NCBI GenBank assembly: GCA_026026165.1
Contig: JAPEUD010000061.1
Location: 124,001 to 153,408 of the forward strand
Direction: 5' to 3'
Length of the DNA stretch: 29,408 nt
Origin: Sarea resinae
Lineage: Eukaryota
The notes beneath the pieces are model-generated. The model made no database searches. It saw only the letters and a list, made by a program, of their open reading frames with translations, and was not told the origin of the DNA. The translations under genes were made by a program, and so were the position numbers. Shown here piece after piece: positions 21,123 to 29,408 of the stretch (position 1 is its first letter; each line of letters begins with the position of its first letter).

Positions 21123-24100
21123 ATGGTGGAACTAATTGCTGCGCTAGACTAGCTCTTATACAGGGCTGATTATCAGGTGCTCCTTTGCACCTAGCACTAT
21201 ACCGCGGTGCGCAACCTTAGCTAGCATCTTAAGCATTAGCATAGGCTGTCTGCCTGCTAGCGCTAGCCTATTAAAGCGGCATTACATGAGCAAGTCTGGC
21301 TGCTGCTAGCAGAGGTGCGCATCCCCCCTTTAGGTATTCTGCTATTTGCCGAGCTTAGGAGACTGCTTAATGCCTTTTAATGCTAGGAATGTGATTATAT
21401 CTCGATCAATTGTAAGGGCATTCGCTAGCATTGCAATCGACAGCATTAATAGTATGTGACTAAGGGTGAGACTAAACATTAGTCGCCTGTGAAGGTGCAA
21501 ACCTTTTTCTGTAGGCAAGGCCTAGAGCGCTATTTCGTGGTGGCCTAGGCTGAGCGTGACAATCCTGCGTCAACAAACAGTAGAGGGCTACTTGCACAGA
21601 CTAGAATAGATAGAGATCTAGCTGTAGACGACCAGCTTAAGCAAGAATTAAGCTCGCAGATCTAGCGCGAATTTAGTGCCTAGCAGGCCGCGCAGGAGCA
21701 GAGGCAGGCGCACTTTAAGAGCAAGGTGCAGAAGACTGATTAGACAGGCTAGTTCAACTAGACTAGTTAGCCAACCCACCTACAACGTTGAAACCTTAAA
21801 CACCTTCTCTATGCTAGCTAACTGCCTGATAACTAGCCGCGACATAGGCGGCGGCGGCGGCGGCCCTTGCTAGAGGATAGGTTGGACCGCATTATGAGCC
21901 AGGCGGCTAAGGTCACCTGACTTATGATTGAGCGCTGCGTGGCTAGGCTTGCAACCCTACCTCTTAAGCTCTGCTGCTAGCTGCGTAGTGAGAAGCGCAC
22001 TAAGGTCTATCAGAAGCCATTGGGTCAGCTGCAGACCCCTAAGGCTCAGGTGCGCTATGCCAACTATTAGGCGCGTCTGATCTGCTATTGCCTGCGTGTC
22101 TTCGCCCACCGCACCTTCGCGGCGGCCGATGCACCCCTGGACGCGCGGCTGCAAGATGCCGACGAATTGCTGCATCTGACAGCAGAGTAGAACAAGCGCT
22201 TGCAGGCTGTCTAGGAGTCGCTCGAGCTGGATAGCGACAAGGCCTCGCAGGTCGACTGAGTGCTGGCCTTCTCGCAGGCGCTGATCTTTCACCCACTGCT
22301 AGTAGACCCCTTTGACAGCGCGCTGATCCACTTCCTCGCAGTGCTTAGCATCGACCCTAATACTAATCGGCTGCACACAGCGACAGGCTACTCCTACTAG
22401 CTAGCCAGGGTGGTCTACTGCGTGCAGGTGATCAGGGTCGAGGCGCTCCTGCTAGCGGCTAGGCGCGAGCAGCAGGGCTAGGCCGAGCGAAAACGCTTCC
22501 TAACCTAGCGCAAGAAGTTCCTCGCCAATGGCTCGCTAAGCCTGATAAGCACGATAATCAGTCTGCTAGCATACAGCAAGTACATCGGCACGCAGGAGCC
22601 TAGCACAGCGACAACAAGTTAGGCCTAGGATAGTGCTCTGTCGCTGCGCTTCTGTGGCAAGCTGATTGTGATCGCCTACTTCTAGCAGATAGCGCACTAG
22701 GTCATCAAGGCGGCTAAGGCTATCCTCTAGCAGGAGCTTATGTGGTGCAGTAAGGCGAAGGACTGCTTCACAGTCGACCTTGCTGGCATCAAAGACAACA
22801 TAGCTTTCACTAAGCAGGATTGGTCCTTCCTTAGCAACCTAGCCAACCGGCTCGATCAGGGGCTCTCCTAGATAGTGGCGCGGGTAGTGCGCATGGCCTA
22901 GAACTTCTAGACAGTCTAGAAGAAAGAAAGAGAAAGAAGACCCCTCTAACAGCGCGACAGCACCGGCTAGGAACCCAGCCCAGTTAAGGACTACTGCTGG
23001 CAGGTGCAGGCCTTTCTTAAGCTGCTCCTCTTCAGCTGCTATATGACTAGGGGCTAGCCTAGCTGTAGCACAGAGGAGTTGTTGGTCCGGCATCGCAACA
23101 GCCTGCTGCAGGATCGCAATGTCTACGTGGTAGATAGATTAGTAGTGCTAGTGACCCGCTACTATAAGAGCTAGGCCTAGTACAATACACCTAAGGTGGT
23201 GCCGCGCTTTCTGCCCTAGCGAGTCAGCTAGCTCATAGTTGTCTACCTAGCCTACATGCGGCCGTTCTATAGCCACCTGCAGACGGCTGTCAGGATCGGT
23301 AGGGGGCTCGACAATGAATTTATCTAGGGGACAGCTGAAGGGCAGCTGTAGCTAACAGAGCGGCTGACCTGAGTCATCAGCTAGGAGACAGCCACGCGGT
23401 TAAAATGTCGGCTGACTACGCTAGACTACTGACATGTGGCTATCACTATTGGCTAGGAATTCGTGGGCTAGGAATTCGCTGCAAGAGAGGAGCGAGCCCT
23501 GCATAGGGGGGACAAGGCTAAGGATGTAGAGGAGCTGCAGTTAGAGCGGGAGGACGAACTCAAGCTCTAGACTAGGCACACCACTGCTACAGGGCAGACT
23601 CGCTATAGGGTCTCTAGGGATATCGTCTGCAATCTTAGCGCCTGCTCTCTCAAGGTGTTTAGCTAGGTCAGTCAGGCGTAGCATGCATTCCTGCAGCTTG
23701 ACAGCGGTAGGAGCCTAGCCGCTCTAAGGGATCAGAGAGGGTCTAAGCCTGAGCCAAAGCGAAAGCTAAAGCCAAAGCAGAAGTAGGAGGAGGAGGAGGA
23801 GGAGGAGGAGGAGGAGGAGAAAGCGCTGAAAGAAGAGGAAGACTAAGAAGAAAGAGAAGAAACAAGAGTGCTAGTGGTTAGCTGTGGCTGCTGCAAGCGG
23901 TTTTAGCTGCTGGCAGACAATAATAGTTCGAGGCAGGAGATCGATGTCGACTTAGACAAGGTGGTTGCTAGCATGCAGCAAGTGCTGCAGTGTAGTCAAG
24001 TGGAGTTTAAATCGGCTGAGCAGCGAGTGGCATTGCAAGCGATCTTGCAGCACAAGACCCTAACTGTAGTAGTGCTGCCTACTAGAGGTAGGAAGAGCTT

Positions 24101-25739
24101 GCTGTTCATGCTACCCGCTTGGCTCAAGCAACAGCGGCAGGAGAGAGGGCAGCAAGGGCCGCGGGTGACAGTGGTGGTGGTGCTGTTCTGTGCCCTAGTG
24201 AACAATCTAGTAGGCTGGTTGCAGCAGGTCGGCATCAACAGTCTCGAGTAGAAGCACAGCGATAGCAGCTTCGCTGCAGTAGTAGTGGTTAGCGCCGATC
24301 TCGCTAGTGGGTCGGGTTTCTTAATGTACGCCACTGTGCTGCAGCGCTACAGTCTGCTGCAGCGGATCGTCGTGGACGAGTGTCATCTGACGTTCACAGC
24401 CAACGATTACCAGCCGCGGCTCAACGATCTTAAGCATCTGCAGACGATGATGTGCCTGATGATACTCCTAACCGCGACCCTACCGCCAGCTCTTAAGCGG
24501 GAGCTAGCCGACAGCATGCTGATGCCGATAGCGCGGTGCATCTAGGCCTGCACGATCTGACTACAGACCTGCTATCTAGTGGTGCGGTGCGAAGATAGCT
24601 AGCTGCTTAAGAGCGCGGCGCATCTCTGCTGACAGCAGCTGCAGCAGCGACTGCAGCGGCAAGGAAAAGAGGTGGTCTACTGCTGAACGCAGGCGGCATG
24701 CGAGGCATTAGCTGACACGCTACAGTGCAGCTACTATCACTTAACGTCAGAGGACAAGGAGCGCTAGCTTAGGCGGTGGATATCTAAAGGGGGCTAGATC
24801 GTCGCTACAGGCGCGCTTGGCACTAGGGTCGACTACGGCAGGATCTTAATGACAGTGCATGTAGGCGTGCTGTATAGGATGATCGACTTCGCGCAGGAGT
24901 CTAGGCGGGCCAGACAAGGTGGCGAGGACGTGGATGCGGTCGTGCTTGTAGAAGCTAGCGAGCTCAGGGGACCAGTGCAACCGCAGCGGCAGGGTAGCGG
25001 CGGGTCAGCGGCGGCGGCTGTTGTAGAGCGTACTGTAGACCAGCAGGCGATGTAGGAATTCATGACGACTTAGGGCTGCTAGCGGCAGATCATAAGCGGC
25101 TATCTAGACAGAAAGGGGGTCTGGTGTAGGGAGGTCGATCAGGGCAGGGCGGCACAGTGCGATCGATGTAGAGAGGGCTTGACTGAGTGGCAGACTAGCT
25201 AGGCTGAAGGGGAGCGGCAGCGGGCTATAGTCAAGGAGGCACTCAACTAGCTCAAGGGGCAGTGCGCTGTCTGCTAGGTGGTAGAGAGGCTCAAGGAAGG
25301 GGTTAGGCAGGCGGAGCGGTAAGAGCATAGCTGGCACCAATGCCTGCAGCAGGGCGCACTGAGCAAGCAGGCTGTGGATAGCTTCTGACAGAAAATCCGG
25401 TTCTGAGAGGACTTGCAGGAGAAGACACACAGCTGCTTTCGATATAGCATCAGTCAGCGGTATTGCCAGACTAGGACTGACACTTAGGCCAGCTGTCAGT
25501 GGCTGAATCGACTGGTGCTGATTGTGCAGACAGTGGCAGCAGAGGCAGGAGGCAGCGCTAAAGGGTGGGAACTGATCTAGAAGGTCGGATTTCTTAGGGA
25601 GCAAAGGGACATAGAAGGATACAGCAAGTGGCTTAGGCAACGGCACATCTGGCGGGTGTAGGGAGAGTGGATTAGTAACGCGATAGTAGTGATAATCGAA
25701 GTGATTCTGTCTCTTTAGAGAGAGCTAGCAAGAACTTAG
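21123..25739 (+). pseudogene. Telomere-linked RecQ-like helicase (TLH) with DUF3505-like Zn finger and tyrosine-recombinase-like domain; inactivated by RIP stops
   Basis: ATG 21123 and ORF fragments 23961, 24285 and 24849 are all in one frame. Helicase motifs: LPT(G)G(G)KSL, VVDECH, LTATLP, VVYC, VATGALGT(G)VD, FAQES(G)RA, RecQ-type Cys cluster GC...C...CDRC and a further C-terminal Cys cluster. Native stop is at 25718 or 25739 (ambiguous because of RIP). Confidence 0.92.
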
Positions 25740-25894
25740 ACGTCGCTCTTAAGGCGGTTTAAAGTCTAATACAGCGGTTAGAAGATAAAACTTCTAGACT
25801 GTCTAGAAGAAAAGGCTTTAGGTTAGAGCAATAGAGTAGTAGTCAACCTGTGGTCAACCTGTAGTTAATCTGTTTAAACACCTGTTTAAATACT

Positions 25895-26555
25895 AGTAGG
25901 CAACCCGCCTAGTAGGCAACCTGCCTAGTAGGTAACTAGTAGGCAACCTAGTAGGTAACTAGTAGGCAACCTAGTAGGCAACCTAGTAGGCAACCTGTAG
26001 GCAACCCGCCTAGTAGGTAACCCGCCTAGTAGGCAACCTGTAGGTAACCTGTAGGCAACCTGTAGGCAGCCTAGTAAGCAACCTGTAGGTAACCTGTAGG
26101 CAGCCTAGTGAGCAACCTAGTAGGCAGCCTAGTAAGCAACCTGTAGGCAACCTGTAGGCAGCCTAGTGAGCAACCTAGTAGGCAACCTGTAGGCAGCCTA
26201 GTGAGCAACCTAGTGGGCAGCCTAGTGAGCAACCTAGTAGGCAACCTGTAGGCAGCCTAGTGAGCAACCTAGTAGGCAACCTGTAGGTAGCCTAGTAAGC
26301 AACCTAGTAGGCAACCTAGTAGGCAACTTGTAGGCAACCCGCCTAGTAGGTAACCCGCCTAGTAGGCAACCTGTAGGTAACTTGTAGGCAACCTGTAGGC
26401 AGCCTAGTGAGCAACCTAGTAGGCAACCTGTGGGCAGCCTAGTGAGCAACCTAGTAGGCAACCTAGTAGGCAACCTGTAGGCAACCTGCCTAGTAGGTAA
26501 CCTGCCTAGTAGGCAACCCGTGGGTAACCTGTGGGCAGCCTAGTAGGCAACCCGT
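25895..26555 (+). repeat. Minisatellite of 11-16-bp variants of CCTAGTAGGCAA
   Basis: Roughly 50 units (CCTAGTAGGCAA, CCTGTAGGCAA, CCCGCCTAGTAGGTAA, CCTAGTGAGCAA) with higher-order blocks. Confidence 0.95.
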
Positions 26556-27359
26556 TTGAACACCTGTTTAGACACTGTTAGGCAGCCTGTTTCAAAGCCT
26601 GTTTAAAAGCCTAGTGGTTAAAACCTAGCAGGCAAGCCGTTAGAAAAGCCGTTAGTCAACCTGTTAATTAGTTAGTCAATTGAGTATTTAAATTGTGAAC
26701 CTGTTAATTAGTTAGTTAGTTAGTTAAGCTGTTAACCTGCAGAAGCTGTAGGGTGCCTGTTTAGCGGCAGAGAGTTTATAGTGGATTTTACATGTCAGAC
26801 CTAAAACATCAGGTGAGAAGATTCAAATGCAAGTAGAAGAGTAAAGATAGTTTGATTAAAGAGGTGTATTATAATGGATTGCGCAAAAGGAGAGAAAAGA
26901 GTTATTCGATTTTAATCGAAATACAACAAAAATAATGACAATATTAAAGAGAGAGGTAAAGAGATACATATAAAAGATACATTTCAGAAATAATATTATA
27001 GATTATTTACAAGATACAGATAGATTATAGAAGGTAGAATGATTAGTAATAGAGGTAGTAGAGATATTTCAAGCGGTTAAAATCAAGGAAATAAAGGAGA
27101 TTACATATAAAGTAGGAGTGTAAAGCAATAGAGTTAGGCTTGAGTTTAGGGTTGTAGAATAGTGTACAAGTTTAAAGGGGTAGTAAAGGGTAAGGTTTTA
27201 TAGTAGTAGCGAAGAGAATAGAATGCAAGTAGTAGAAGAGAGTAAAGGTTAAAGGGGTAGAAAATAGAGTGAGATTTAAGTAGTAGAGAGAGTGAGAGTT
27301 TAAGATTAAGGTAAGAAGAGAGGTTTAGGATTAAGTTAGTAAGATCGAGTTCGAGTTTA

Positions 27360-29090
27360 ATGCAGTAGAAAAGGGTTTAGGTTTAAGGTAGTAGGAGAGG
27401 GTTTGAGTTTGAGGCAGTAGGAAAGGGTTTAGGTTTAAGGTAGGAGGAGAGGGTTTAGGTTTAAGGCAGTAGGAAAGGGCGAGGGTTTAAGGTAGGAGGA
27501 GAGAGTTTAGGTTTAAGGCAGTAGGAAAGGGTTTAGGTTTGAGTTTCAAGCAGTAGGAGAGGGGTTAGGTTTAAGGCAGTAGGAGATAGTTTAGGTTTAA
27601 GGCAGTAGGAAAGGGTTTAGGTTTAAGGCAGTAGGAGAGGGTTTGGGTTTAAGGCAGTAGGAGAGGGTTTGAGTTTGAGGTAGGAGGAGAGGGTTTAGGT
27701 TTCAGGCAGTAGGAAAGGGTTCGAGTTTCAGGCAGTAGGAAAGGGTTTAGGTTCGAGGTAGTAGGAGAGGGTTTAGGTTTAAGGCAGTAGGAAAGGGCAA
27801 GGGTTTAAGGTAGGAGGAGAGGGTTTAGGTTTAAGGTAGTAGGAGAGGGTTCAGGTTTAAGGCGGTAGGAAAGGGTTAGGATTTAAGGCAGTAGGAGAGG
27901 GTTCGGGTTTTAAGCAGTAGGAAAGGGTTCGAGTTTAAGGCAGTAGGAAAGGGTTTAGGTTTAAGGCAGTAGGAGAGGGTTTAGGTTTGAGGCAGTAGGA
28001 AAGGGCGAGGGTTTAGGGTAGTAAGAGAGGGTTTAGGTTTAGCAGTAGGAGAGGGTTAGGTTTAAGGCGGTAGGAAAGGGTTTAGGTTTGAGGCAGTAGG
28101 AAAGGGTTTGGGTTTAAGGCAGTAGGAAAGGGTTAGGGTTTAAGGCAGTAGGAAAGGGCGAGGGTTTAAGGTAGAAGAAGAGGGTTTAGGTTCGAGGCAG
28201 TAGAGAAGGGCAAGGGTTTAAGGTAGGAGGAGAGGGTTTAGGTTTAAGGTAGTAGGAGAGAGTTCAGGTTTGAGGCAGTAGGAAAGGGTTCAGATTTAAG
28301 GCAGTAGGAGAGGGTTCGGGTTTTAAGCAGTGGGAAAGGGTTTGAGTTTAAGGCAGTGGGAAAGGGTTTAGGTTTAAGGCAGTAGGAGAGGGTTTAGGTT
28401 CGAGGCAGTAGGAAAGGGCAAGGGTTTAAGGTAGGAGGAGAGGGTTTAGGTTTAAGGCAATAGAGAAGGGTTTAGGTTTAAGGCAGTAGGAAAGGGCAAG
28501 GGTTTAGGTTAAAGGCAGTAGGAAAGGGAGAGGGTTTAGGTTTTAAGCAGTAGGAAAGGGTTTAAGTACAAGGCAGTAGGAAAGGGTTTAGGTTTAAGGC
28601 AGTAGGAGAGGGTTTAGGTTCGAGGCAGTAGGAAAGGGCAAGGGTTTAAGGTAGGAGGAGAGGGTTTAGGTTTAAGGCAGTAGGAAAGGGCGAGGGTTTA
28701 GGGTAGAAGGAGAGGGTTAGGTTTAAGGCAGTAGGAAAGGGTTTAGGTTTAAGGCAGTAGGAAAGGGTTTAGGTTTAGGGTAGAAGGAGAGGGTTTAGGT
28801 TTGAGGCAGTAGGAAAGGGGTTAGGTTTAAGGCAGTAGGAAAGGGGTTAGGTTTGAGGCAGTAGGAAAGGGGTTAGGTTTGAGGTAGTAAGAGAGGGTTT
28901 AGGGTCAAGGCAGTGGGAAAGGGGTTAGGTTTAAGGCAGTGGGAAAGGGGTTAGGTTTAAGGTAGTAAGAGAGGGTTTAGGGTCAAGGCAGTAGGAAAGG
29001 GGTTAGGGTACAAAGCAGTGAGAGAGGGTTTAGGTTTGAGGCAGTAGGAAAGGGCAAGGGTTTGAGGTAGCAGGAAAGAGTTAGAGTTTA
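27360..29090 (+). repeat. Telomere-associated G-rich minisatellite, ~25-27-bp unit (AGGCAGTAGGAAAGGGTTTAGGTTTA)
   Basis: About 65 degenerate units, more decayed on the proximal side, containing GGGTT(T)AGG telomere-like cores. Confidence 0.95.
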
Positions 29091-29192
29091 AGGGAGTGAG
29101 AGCGAGTAAGAGTTTGTAGTAGAAAAGAGCAAGAACAAGAGTGTAAGAGTTGTAAAGTAGAGCAAAGCAAAGCAGAGTGAAACATTGCGCGA

Positions 29193-29282
29193 GCATTTGC
29201 ATTTGCGTTTGCGTTTGCGTTTGCGTTTGCATTTGCATTCACATTCACATTTGCATTCACATTCACATTCACATTCACATTC
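29193..29282 (+). repeat. Hexamer microsatellite (GCATTT/GCGTTT/ACATTC)n abutting the telomere
   Basis: About 15 six-base units directly joined to AGGGTT repeats. Confidence 0.9.
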
Positions 29283-29408
29283 AGGGTTAGGGTTAGGGTT
29301 AGGGTTAGGGTTAGGGTTAGGGTTAGGGTTAGGGTTAGGGTTAGGGTTAGGGTTAGGGTTAGGGTTAGGGTTAGGGTTAGGGTTAGGGTTAGGGTTAGGG
29401 TTAGGGTT
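29283..29408 (+). repeat. Telomere (TTAGGG)n
   Basis: 21 perfect AGGGTT units to the end of the window, G-rich strand pointing outward. Confidence 0.99.

Larger units (their letters stand above)
9960..29282. other. RIP-mutated subtelomeric domain
   Basis: Abrupt rise in TpA and loss of CpA/TpG. Paralogous segments (e.g. 12110-13040 vs 19685-20617) differ almost only by C>T/G>A transitions. TGG/CAG/CGA codons are converted to TAG/TGA in the helicase frame. Confidence 0.95.
20618..29282 (+). mobile_element. TLH element copy 5 (full length, runs to the telomere)
   Basis: End motif CCTAACTGCATTGCAGG, divergent module 20618-20932, complete ORF, downstream palindrome, minisatellites and telomere. 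Confidence 0.8.

Noticed and set aside
21676..25646. Short alternative-frame and antisense ORFs over the TLH gene
   Set aside because: Shadows of the GC-rich TLH frame; no independent motifs.
26234..26473. 79-aa ORF, and ORFs 28957..29238 and 29081..29278
   Set aside because: Translations of minisatellite/microsatellite repeats.
25895..29090. CRISPR-like array
   Set aside because: Eukaryotic context; tandem units with no unique spacers.

Overview
Right-hand end of a filamentous-ascomycete chromosome. Bases 1-9.9 kb are ordinary, gene-poor sequence with a spliced Ipt1/Aur1-family inositol-phosphotransferase gene, an alpha/beta-hydrolase pseudogene and an intronless trypsin-fold serine-protease gene. 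From about 9.96 kb the sequence is RIP-mutated (TpA-rich, CpA/TpG-poor) subtelomeric DNA ending in (TTAGGG)n. The subtelomere is a stack of five same-orientation copies of a telomere-linked helicase (TLH) element, interleaved with three hAT-like left ends. Every TLH copy starts with CCTA(A/C)CTGCATTGCA (RIP variants) and cuts off whatever precedes it. Only the most distal copy is full length: a single RIP-stopped frame of about 1,530 codons, followed by two minisatellite arrays and the telomere. That frame carries a DUF3505-like Zn-finger N-terminus, a complete tyrosine-recombinase-like catalytic set (R, K, xxxR-H, GH-x8-Y) and a RecQ-type helicase. The copies also share a ~290-bp non-coding module with covarying stems and a 19-bp palindrome. 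Inference: a one-ended, recombinase/helicase-encoding mobile element that propagates by replacing chromosome tips. All alignments and de-RIP reconstructions were done by eye.
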